From NCBI GenBank assembly GCA_041650915.1, contig JBAZKE010000005.1, positions 11,310-75,309 on the forward strand: a stretch of 64,000 nt of DNA, given 5' to 3'. The DNA comes from Patescibacteria group bacterium. Its GTDB lineage: Bacteria > Patescibacteriota > Patescibacteriia > UBA10025 > JAHIVO01. Under the pieces are notes generated by a model. It was not told the DNA's origin and did not search any database. It saw only the letters and a program-made list of their open reading frames with translations. Numbering within the stretch: the first letter of the stretch is position 1; every line of letters starts with the position of its first letter. Positions 9,801 to 17,626 of the stretch are shown piece by piece. A program made the position numbers and the translations under genes.

Positions 9801-10637
9801 TCACGTGTAGTACTGCGTATTATCCCGCAGCTGGTCGAATGAAAATATGGGCCCGTCTTTGCACACGTACAAGTCCCCGATCGCGCAGTGCTGGCACGTG
9901 CCGAGGCCGGCGCAGTGCATCCTCCGTTCGAGCGACAGGTAAATGTCTTCGTCTTTGTATCCAACCTTCTGCACTTCAGGCACCACAAATTTGAACATGA
10001 TCGGCGGGCCGCACAGCACCGCGACACCGTTCTTCACGATATCCGCTTTTTCAAACAGCACTGTTATCACGCCTTTGTAGCAAGAAATTGCCCCGAACGT
10101 TTCATCGTTGCCCTGGTCCATCGACATCGTGATGTTGAACTTTTTCGCGTGCTGCATGAGCTCATCACGCCACAGAATTTCTCCGTAATTCCGGCATCCG
10201 TACAGCAACTGAATCCGCCGGTTTTCCGTATCGAGTTCGTCCCTATTGGAGAGATAATGGATGAGCGAACGGAGCGGGACAAGCCCGAGGCCGCCGGCAA
10301 TGAGCAGAATATTTTTCCCCTTAAATTTTTTCAAATCGAATCCGTTGCCGTACGGGCCGCGGACGCCAAACGAATCCCCTGCATCAAACGTATGGAACTT
10401 CGAGGTAACCCTGCCGACCTTCATTACTCCGATATCATACGCATTCTTTATTGTCAGCGACTCCGCCGGCACAAACACCGACTCCCCGAAGCCGGGAATG
10501 GAAAAGACAAAGAACTGCCCCGGCAAATACTCCAATCCCTTGCCGTCTTTCATGGTAAACGTAAACGACTTCACGCTCGGCGATTGCTGCTTCGTGCTGA
10601 TGATGGTCGCTCCTCTGTGTTCGTACGGATTGCGCAT
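9801..10637 (-). CDS. hydrogenase gamma subunit (FNR-like FAD/NAD(P)-binding oxidoreductase with a C-terminal Cys cluster; HydG/AsrB-like)
   Basis: 278 aa. Has a PGQFF FAD-binding-like motif, GGLGLVP, and a C-terminal CxxGxCxxC cluster (CAGLGTCQHCAIGDLYVC) for a 2Fe-2S centre. Confidence 0.85.
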   Translation of the reverse strand: MRNPYEHRGATIISTKQQSPSVKSFTFTMKDGKGLEYLPGQFFVFSIPGFGESVFVPAESLTIKNAYDIGVMKVGRVTSKFHTFDAGDSFGVRGPYGNGFDLKKFKGKNILLIAGGLGLVPLRSLIHYLSNRDELDTENRRIQLLYGCRNYGEILWRDELMQHAKKFNITMSMDQGNDETFGAISCYKGVITVLFEKADIVKNGVAVLCGPPIMFKFVVPEVQKVGYKDEDIYLSLERRMHCAGLGTCQHCAIGDLYVCKDGPIFSFDQLRDNTQYYT

Positions 10638-10723
10638 ATGGTACTGTCATTCTGGCCCCGGACAAAGCCACGGAGGGAAAACCCCCCGTAACGCTAATAA
10701 AACTAAACCCGTTACAATAGCCC

Positions 10724-11743
10724 TCACCTGTTCTTTTCTTGCCCTTGCGTGCTTGTACGACCCCTTTCCTTATGCTCACGCAGGTACTTGAAAACGTCAG
10801 CGCGCTTAATGCCGACCGGGCATACCCTGTCGCACCTGCCGCAGTTCACGCAGCCCATGATCTGGAACTCCTTCGGCGTCCGCACCCACTTGTGCGTATA
10901 CCAGTTCTGGATGCGCTGGGCGTTCGTCTTGAGAAACTTCTGTCCGCCGCCGATCTCGGAAAAATCGTTGTAAAAGCAGGTTGTCCACTTCCGGACGCGC
11001 CTGCCGCTCCCCTTTTCCTTCGTATCCTGCTCGTCCTCAATATTGAAGCAGTAGCAGGTCGGGCAGTCTACCGCGCACTTGCCGCACGCAGTGCAGATCG
11101 CCCCCCAGTGCTCCCACGCGTCCTGTGAAGCTTCAACAATCTCCTTACGGTGGCGCTCGAGCTCGGGGTCAATGCCCTCTTCTTTCAGAAGCCCGGCAAA
11201 CTCGATGTGCTCAAAATCCTTGATGCCGAGCTCTTCGAGTATCACCTGCCCCTTTTCCGATCCGGTAAAAACCTTCCACGCCGCTTTCCCCGTCTTTGCA
11301 AGGAAAATATCGAAAATTATGTGCTCGAGAATGTCCTCCTCGTACCGTTCCCTGAGGTGCCCGGAAAAACCCGATCCCTCGAACAGCGCATGCCCGACGA
11401 GCAGGCTCGTTTGGCGTTTTTTCTGGTAGTACGGGTCGCGCTCGAACGTCTGGTGGAAAAGCCCGACAGCTTTCAGGTCCATCACGGACATCAGAAAAGC
11501 GCACTCCGGCGCATACTGCAGCTTTGGCTTGAGCATCGTGCCCTTTTTGTAATCGAAAAGTGTTTCACGCTTCGGCAGGAGCACGTGTTTGAACGTATTG
11601 ACCGGGATTTGGGGCGAGAAATCGATCTCACCTATGTCCGTTACGCGCTGTACGTACAGTTCGCTGCCGTCCCGTACCGGTGCGTACATCGCATACGCTT
11701 CCAGCAGGTGCGCGATAAATTTATGTAACGTTGCCCGATTCAT
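10724..11743 (-). CDS. hydrogenase beta subunit (HydB/AsrA-like, two 4Fe-4S ferredoxin motifs)
   Basis: Has CTACGKCAVDCP and CVNCGRCDRVCP motifs. The track ORF runs to 11959, but that would overlap the upstream gene's terminator. The start at ATG 11743 (MNRATLHKF...) gives 340 aa, the family-typical length. Confidence 0.8.
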   Translation of the reverse strand: MNRATLHKFIAHLLEAYAMYAPVRDGSELYVQRVTDIGEIDFSPQIPVNTFKHVLLPKRETLFDYKKGTMLKPKLQYAPECAFLMSVMDLKAVGLFHQTFERDPYYQKKRQTSLLVGHALFEGSGFSGHLRERYEEDILEHIIFDIFLAKTGKAAWKVFTGSEKGQVILEELGIKDFEHIEFAGLLKEEGIDPELERHRKEIVEASQDAWEHWGAICTACGKCAVDCPTCYCFNIEDEQDTKEKGSGRRVRKWTTCFYNDFSEIGGGQKFLKTNAQRIQNWYTHKWVRTPKEFQIMGCVNCGRCDRVCPVGIKRADVFKYLREHKERGRTSTQGQEKNR

Positions 11744-11752
11744 GGTGCGTGC

Positions 11753-11781
11753 ATTATAACATAAATCATCACTCTGCTCAA
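11753..11781 (-). promoter_or_regulatory. candidate promoter TTGAGC-17-TATAAT directly upstream of the hydB start (near-leaderless)
   Basis: Minus strand reads ttgagcagagtgatgatttatgttataatgcacgcaccATG. The -10 box ends 9 nt before the ATG. Confidence 0.45.
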
Positions 11782-11792
11782 CATACGTGTTC

Positions 11793-11830
11793 ATAAAAAT
11801 CCCCCACGAAGAAGCGAGGCTCCGCAGGGG
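11793..11830 (-). terminator. intrinsic terminator hairpin after the CHAP/CTD gene (copy 1 of a duplicated terminator)
   Basis: Minus strand: cccctgcggag-cctcgctt-cttcgtggggg followed by ATTTTTAT. An 11-bp stem with G-U wobbles. Nearly identical to 35530..35567. Confidence 0.6.
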
Positions 11831-11865
11831 ATTTGGATGACAGGCCTCCCGGACGGGAGGGAGTA

Positions 11866-14800
11866 CTACTTGAGCAGTACCATTTTTTTTGTTTGCACGG
11901 CGTCCCCCGCGCGGATGCGGTAAAAATAGATGCCTGATGCGTACCGGCCAGCGGCCCACGAGATTTCGTGCTGGCCAGCAGTCTGGTATTCGTCAACGAG
12001 CGTTGCTACCTTTTGTCCGAGGATGTTGTACACGGAGAGCTCGACCATGCACGCGGTCGGCAACTCATACACAACCGTCGTTACGGGGTTAAACGGATTC
12101 GGGTAGTTCTGCCGGATAACGAGTTCTTCGGGCAGGACGTCATCACCCAGCTTATACGCATAGTGCGGGATATCAAGCGGGATAATGCCGGCCTCAACGG
12201 TATCGCCCGCGTTGATAGCTGCGGCAATGTCACGAGCAAGGAGGTCGCACGGACTCGCGTTGCCGCTGATCCAGCAGTCGATGGGGCTCGCACGGATAAG
12301 CGAATCACAGTACGTAATCGCCTGGGAAACCGACGCTCCGTCAGCGCTCACGGAATCCGACAGCGAGAGCCGGTATGCCGCGGCGTTCAGCATCAGCGCG
12401 GCAAGCTGCTGCTGTGCCTGGGATTGGATCGTTACGTAGCAATACGGGCCGGTTCGTTTTGCCATGACCGCATAACGCTCGGCGTTTTTGACCTCGAATT
12501 CCCGATGGCACACGCGCCTGTTGAAGAGCCCTGCCAGCTGCCCGAGCCGAGCGGAGCATTCCGGTTCATCGCTGATCACGACGGACCGAATGGGATGCGC
12601 ACGGTTCCCGTTGAAGTGGCGTTTGATGCGGTCAGCGAACGCGCAGAGGCTGTCGACAGGCTCAACGCCGGACGAATCGCCGTACACGATCTCATTGAGT
12701 TCGTGCCGCCAGTAGCTGGACCGCTGCTGGTTCGGAACGATATCCAGCTGCGTCAGCGAAAATGCCACACTGGCGTCCGCGCCCTGCAATACGGATACCG
12801 CTGCGAGATCGGAATCGGCCGCATACCCCAGCGGCGGCAGTATTCCGACCGAGTACTCGCCCGTAAGCACGTGCGGCAGTTCAAACGATCCGCTCGCGTC
12901 GGTATGCGCCGTGTATTGGCACACGCCGAACGTATCGCACACGTCAACCGCAACGCCGCGAACGCCTGCCATCGCGTCGTCAACCACGGTTCCGGAAATG
13001 GAGCCGATCGGCGCTGATCCCGCGACGAGCGCGTACGGATACGCGTCATGCGGGATATCGATGGCCTCAACCCCAAACGTCCACTCGCCGGCTGCGTCCG
13101 GCACGAACTCCGCTGTTATCGGCGGCTGGCTGGACTGCCATTCGCCGAATACGGTCCCGTCAGGACGGTACGCCGTCAGCTTGAGCTCGCTGCCGAGCCA
13201 GTTGAGCAGCAGCCGCCAGGTCTCGTGGAAACTGTCAATTACGAAATCCCACAATGAAGTGTCGCCTTCATCTATGTAGCCTTCGACGCCGCCTTCCTGC
13301 GTATACGCATCCGGCAGCTGATCTCCAGTCTCCTCCAATAACATGGCAGCGTGGTAGAGCGCGGCGATATCTTCATCCGTCAGCGCCCGATCGTACAGGC
13401 GAACCTCATCAACCGTGCCCGGCAAAAACCCGTCGAAATTGCTGTATCGCCCGATACGAAGGTTCTTGCCATAATTCTGTATGGTTCCGCTCAGCGGGCA
13501 TGAGCCGATGAACTCCGCGTTAACGAATAGCTCTATGGCAGACCCGTCATACGTTCCCACCACGAAGTACCAATTCCCAGGCGTCCAAAAACCATTGTCA
13601 GTTCCCACAGAAGCGTGGGAGCCGGCTGTCACCGAGAAAAGGAACTTCGCGTAGTATTCGCCGTCGTACTGGTCGCCGCACGCTCCAAGGTGGTACTGGT
13701 AATACGGAAACGCGTGCCGCAGATACCCCTTGTCGAAAAGAGGATCGTTGCCCGTGCCCTGGAATGACACCGGCCGGTACCATGCCGCGAGCGTGAGAGC
13801 ATTCGGAGGATTGAGGCTGGCCGCATTGCCGAGATCGATATGGTCGTCAATGCCGTCGAAATCCAATGCCAGGCCGGATATCCCGTCAACCGGAGTAGCG
13901 CCGTATACGGTGCCGTCATTGCCATTCCCCGAATTATCGCCCGCATCCCCAGCATCGAAACTCCAGTAAGCGACCAGGCCGGCTGACAGCGGGTCTACCC
14001 GGATCTTTAGCGTCAGCCCTTCCCCGGAAAAATGCTCTCCCGAGTGCGGCCGGTACAGCGCCACGTACAGGTAGTAGTCACCCGGCGTAAAAGGAGCCTG
14101 AATCTGGAATGAATACAAACCCTGTCCGCCGGGATTAACCAATCCTTCGGGATCGCCTTCCGTAGAAACAATGGCTACACAATTGGGATCAATCCAGTCG
14201 TACGCCAATTCGGATGGCAATCCGTCACTCCACGGTTCAGCGCTTCCCGGACCGGTCACCGATTGCAGCTCCACATAGTGCGGGCTGTTCTCATCATTGG
14301 TCCAGTACGCCGTGCCGAGATTATTGAACGTAAACGACACATTCAGTACCTGCCCAGGAGCTACCGGATAATAGTCCAAGCCGGGTGGGTAGATGGGGGT
14401 TTGGGAGGACCAGCAGGCGTCGTAAGTACCACCATAGTCAGGATCCCGGAGCCAGCCTTGGGTAACATACGCACCACTACTACTAAATGATCCTACACTA
14501 TAGGGCGGGTTAGATGATAGAGAAAGCTGTTTCGGATCCGGCTCTATTTGACCATCGGTTCGATTCTGATCAATCATCAGCACATAGTCCGGCCCAACTT
14601 CCATTATGATTCCTACGTGACCAGCATTATCATGCTCCGGCGCAGGGCCAAAACAGATAATGTCGCCCGATTCCGGTGGAATAATGGACTCGCCATTTAC
14701 ATACTGATCAAGAGTGTCAGTACTCGCCCATGAATCGAAGGCATTTTTGGCCACTCCTCCACTGATGGGATTAAGTGGGTTTAATACCTCAAACTCATAG

Positions 14801-15033
14801 AAACGCTTCACATACTCGACACACTGATAAAAGCCGCAGCCTCCTCCAGTCCAATCACCATTGGAGTGGGCAGTAATTCCTCTGAACTCAGCGAGTGGAC
14901 AGCCATAGTTACCGGAAGCCCATTGCCCCTCCTGACCACAGTCTTCATCAAAGTAGATCTCAGGACAATCAGCAAACGATGGTGTGGAGAGTAAATTCCA
15001 TACCATGAGACACAAGAACATCACGTGTTTCAT
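11866..15033 (-). CDS. secreted multidomain protein: N-terminal CHAP peptidoglycan amidase/peptidase domain, LamG/concanavalin-like domain, carboxypeptidase-regulatory-like domain, C-terminal T9SS-type sorting domain
   Basis: 1055 aa. Signal peptide (MKHVMFLCLMVWNLLSTPSFA). CHAP region (CGFYQCVEYVKRFYEF ... HVGIIMEV). LamG-like (WYRPVSF...VDEVRLYDRALTDEDI). CTD NYPNPFNPVTTVVYELP...VYNILGQKV...SGIYFYRIRAGD...MVLLK. Confidence 0.8.
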   Translation of the reverse strand: MKHVMFLCLMVWNLLSTPSFADCPEIYFDEDCGQEGQWASGNYGCPLAEFRGITAHSNGDWTGGGCGFYQCVEYVKRFYEFEVLNPLNPISGGVAKNAFDSWASTDTLDQYVNGESIIPPESGDIICFGPAPEHDNAGHVGIIMEVGPDYVLMIDQNRTDGQIEPDPKQLSLSSNPPYSVGSFSSSGAYVTQGWLRDPDYGGTYDACWSSQTPIYPPGLDYYPVAPGQVLNVSFTFNNLGTAYWTNDENSPHYVELQSVTGPGSAEPWSDGLPSELAYDWIDPNCVAIVSTEGDPEGLVNPGGQGLYSFQIQAPFTPGDYYLYVALYRPHSGEHFSGEGLTLKIRVDPLSAGLVAYWSFDAGDAGDNSGNGNDGTVYGATPVDGISGLALDFDGIDDHIDLGNAASLNPPNALTLAAWYRPVSFQGTGNDPLFDKGYLRHAFPYYQYHLGACGDQYDGEYYAKFLFSVTAGSHASVGTDNGFWTPGNWYFVVGTYDGSAIELFVNAEFIGSCPLSGTIQNYGKNLRIGRYSNFDGFLPGTVDEVRLYDRALTDEDIAALYHAAMLLEETGDQLPDAYTQEGGVEGYIDEGDTSLWDFVIDSFHETWRLLLNWLGSELKLTAYRPDGTVFGEWQSSQPPITAEFVPDAAGEWTFGVEAIDIPHDAYPYALVAGSAPIGSISGTVVDDAMAGVRGVAVDVCDTFGVCQYTAHTDASGSFELPHVLTGEYSVGILPPLGYAADSDLAAVSVLQGADASVAFSLTQLDIVPNQQRSSYWRHELNEIVYGDSSGVEPVDSLCAFADRIKRHFNGNRAHPIRSVVISDEPECSARLGQLAGLFNRRVCHREFEVKNAERYAVMAKRTGPYCYVTIQSQAQQQLAALMLNAAAYRLSLSDSVSADGASVSQAITYCDSLIRASPIDCWISGNASPCDLLARDIAAAINAGDTVEAGIIPLDIPHYAYKLGDDVLPEELVIRQNYPNPFNPVTTVVYELPTACMVELSVYNILGQKVATLVDEYQTAGQHEISWAAGRYASGIYFYRIRAGDAVQTKKMVLLK

Positions 15034-15112
15034 TAGAAACCTCCTTAAGCAACTAGTTCAACAGTTACAGTTAATTGAATTGTCAATTTACTATTTTCCT
15101 CCTATGCTTTTT

Positions 15113-15820
15113 TTATGTTAGTTTAAGTGTTGAAATTATCATTTCTATAACATCAATTTCACTCGAAAGGTCTGTTGCGGCAAAGTTTTGTTCGTAGGTC
15201 GCGTTGTCCGATAGAGGATAAATGACCGAATACTCTGCGTATAACACCCTATCACCGACTTGTGGAAAAATTGTTGACTCATTTCCTAAATACCATGCTT
15301 TTATTTTACTATCAACGACAACAACGGTAGTAGGCACTTCACGTTCATGAATGGTTACTGGATCACCTGGCACATACTTTCCATTATATGTCACAAAAAA
15401 GTAAGTCCTACTGGTTAATAAATATGAATCATCAACCTTCTTGATACCTAATTCTAACTCTCGATCATTATTTTCACTTGAAAACCTCACAAATTTTGCA
15501 TCGCCTGATAGGTTTGGATTATCAATTAATTCAACATCCTCGACTGTCCACTCGGACGGGATTTTTATCGAGTATCCGTGCTCTTCATTCTCATACGTCA
15601 ACCAGTCTGAGGTATCGATGTCTGAAAGAGTGGCTGTATTTGTGTTCTCGTTTGAATTAGCATCGGTATTAATATTGGTCGCTGTATTCACATTTTCATT
15701 GGTGGCAACAATATTCGTAGTATTCGTATTCCCCTCATTATCCTGAAAAAACAGGAAATACCCGCCAGCCAGGATAATGGCGGCGATGAGGACGCTGACG
15801 ATAAGTGTTGTTTTTGACAT
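15113..15820 (-). CDS. membrane-anchored N/T-rich protein, paralog family member A (possible partner of the adjacent hydrolases)
   Basis: 235 aa. Starts MSKTTLIVSVLIAAIILAGGYFLFFQDNEGNTN, then an N/T-rich low-complexity linker, then DTSDWLTYENEEHGYSIKIPSEWTVEDVEL. Paralogous to 16705..17367 and 31881..32609, and more weakly to 35604..36266. Confidence 0.6.
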   Translation of the reverse strand: MSKTTLIVSVLIAAIILAGGYFLFFQDNEGNTNTTNIVATNENVNTATNINTDANSNENTNTATLSDIDTSDWLTYENEEHGYSIKIPSEWTVEDVELIDNPNLSGDAKFVRFSSENNDRELELGIKKVDDSYLLTSRTYFFVTYNGKYVPGDPVTIHEREVPTTVVVVDSKIKAWYLGNESTIFPQVGDRVLYAEYSVIYPLSDNATYEQNFAATDLSSEIDVIEMIISTLKLT

Positions 15821-15918
15821 GATCTTTTTTGGTTAGAGATTAAGTGTATGACATATATACAGTATATATGACCTATACCCAATTTCCAACTTCCTAACTA
15901 CCTTCTAAAAACTAACAA

Positions 15919-16608
15919 CTAACTACCAAACTTGAACGTAAACGACACATTCAGTACCTGCCCAGGAGCTACCGGATAATAGTCCAAGCCGGGTGGGTAG
16001 ATGGGGGTTTGGTCGGCGTAGGTGGCTTCGTAGAACTTGCCAGGAGTGTTTTGCACAATCCAGGCAATAGGATCAACCCAGCCGTTGTATGGAGGTGTAA
16101 CCGGTAACTCGAGTGCCCCATACGGATCGGGGGGCATGTCTCCACCAGGATGAACTCCAAAGTGTAAGTGAATCCCATATGACCACGGACCAACAATCGC
16201 AATCTCTTCACCAGCTTTAACCTCATCTCCTTCTCCCAAGCCACTTCTGACATGACCATAGACCGCAACAAACTCCGTCCCGTCTTGAAGGGTATGAAGG
16301 ATGAACAAGCCTACGTTATCATCTCCCCAGCCGCCATCACCGACATCCAGAATCTCGCCGTCTGCTATTGCATAGACGGGATCCCAAAGGTAGGTAGCGA
16401 TATCCCAGCCGATGTGATAGAAACCAGGAAAGTAGGTTCCATTAGGCGGGGGCTCCTCAAGCCACGCCGCATAGTCTCCGAGTTCACTGGTGCCAGTCGG
16501 ATAATAAAACCCGGTAGGCGTCTGCTCAAGCGTCTGTGCATTTACTATGATATTACCAAGCATCATAGTCAGCACAACAACAATTACAACCATTACTGCT
16601 TTCATCAT
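15919..16608 (-). CDS. secreted M23/LytM-family peptidoglycan endopeptidase
   Basis: 229 aa. Signal peptide. HIGWDIA...AIADGEI...GHV...GIHLHFG (HxxxD ... HxH M23 active-site pattern). The C-terminal 27 aa are identical to an internal segment of the 11866..15033 protein. Confidence 0.8.
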   Translation of the reverse strand: MMKAVMVVIVVVLTMMLGNIIVNAQTLEQTPTGFYYPTGTSELGDYAAWLEEPPPNGTYFPGFYHIGWDIATYLWDPVYAIADGEILDVGDGGWGDDNVGLFILHTLQDGTEFVAVYGHVRSGLGEGDEVKAGEEIAIVGPWSYGIHLHFGVHPGGDMPPDPYGALELPVTPPYNGWVDPIAWIVQNTPGKFYEATYADQTPIYPPGLDYYPVAPGQVLNVSFTFKFGS

Positions 16609-16704
16609 TTTCTCCTTTTTCTAGCAGTTTCTGATTATTCTGTATGTTATGTTTTCAATTTACTATTTTATTCCCTCCAGTTCTGATTTTAAAAAAGGTA
16701 TTTA

Positions 16705-17367
16705 TTATAGTAATTCAAATGTGCTGACAAACGCATCGTACAATTCTTCGCGTTCTGAAGTGAATACAGGTGCGAATTGACTCCCTGTTGCAATCTGGTA
16801 GTAATATGTTTCTCCAAGCAGAATAGAATTTGCACCAATCTTCCTTGTACCACTTTCCAACTGAGCAGTGGCATTATATCTCCATGCGTCTTTGTTGTTA
16901 ACAGAGATAGTTAAATATTCGTTTTTATCGTTAACAGAAAGAGGCACTCCACTATTTACTAACTCATTTAAAGTATTTGCACCCGCATTGTTGCTTGCTA
17001 ATATCCGAATGACCAGGTCACCTATCGAAAAATTAACAATATACCCCAAATCCTCGTCATCATTGATCCCACTAGTCAACTCTTGATAAGTCGCATCACT
17101 TGGATACTTCACAGAATACCCATACTCCTCGTTCTCATACGTCAGCCAGTCTGAGGTATCAATGTCTGAGGTAAGGGCGTTGACATTAGTATTTTCATTG
17201 TCATTAGTGGCTGTGTTGACATTGGTGGCATTCATATTCTGATTAGCAGCAACAGTATTGGCGTTATTGGTATTATCACCCTCATTATCCTGAAAAAACA
17301 GGAAATACCCGCCAGCCAGGATAATGGCGGCGATGAGGATACTGACGAGAATGGTTGGTTTTGACAT
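16705..17367 (-). CDS. membrane-anchored N/T-rich protein, paralog family member B
   Basis: 220 aa. MSKPTILVSILIAAIILAGGYFLFFQDNEGDNTNN... DTSDWLTYENEEYGYSVKYPSD. The first 30 aa are almost identical to 15113..15820. Confidence 0.6.
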   Translation of the reverse strand: MSKPTILVSILIAAIILAGGYFLFFQDNEGDNTNNANTVAANQNMNATNVNTATNDNENTNVNALTSDIDTSDWLTYENEEYGYSVKYPSDATYQELTSGINDDEDLGYIVNFSIGDLVIRILASNNAGANTLNELVNSGVPLSVNDKNEYLTISVNNKDAWRYNATAQLESGTRKIGANSILLGETYYYQIATGSQFAPVFTSEREELYDAFVSTFELL

Positions 17368-17626
17368 GATTTTTTTTAGGTTAGATGTTAGTTATTAGAT
17401 ACGTATTTATATTATATAACGTATGTACCCAATAACCTACGGCAATCAGCACGAAATTCGAAACTCATCTTGTGGCCATGTTTAGAACATTTGAATTTAA
17501 ATATTTAGATATTGTTTCGAGTTTCGGATTTAGAATTTCGGATTTAATCCCAACATGCCTCCGCAACATATACGTTGGGGAAGATTCGTATCTGCCTCAA
17601 ACCAGCTCTAAAAACCGTCCGTGCCG

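Noticed and set aside
10724-11959. Track start of the hydrogenase beta subunit at 11959
   Set aside because: That start would overlap the upstream gene's 3' end and its terminator hairpin by ~90 bp. The internal ATG at 11743 is preceded by a TTGAGC-17-TATAAT promoter and gives the family-typical length.
11778-11996. ORFs 11778..11996 (-) and 35365..35877 (+) beginning MTNTRLLASTKSRGPL
   Set aside because: They are out-of-frame readings of the duplicated CTD-coding 3' ends and run through the terminator hairpins. Their identity simply reflects the inverted DNA repeat.
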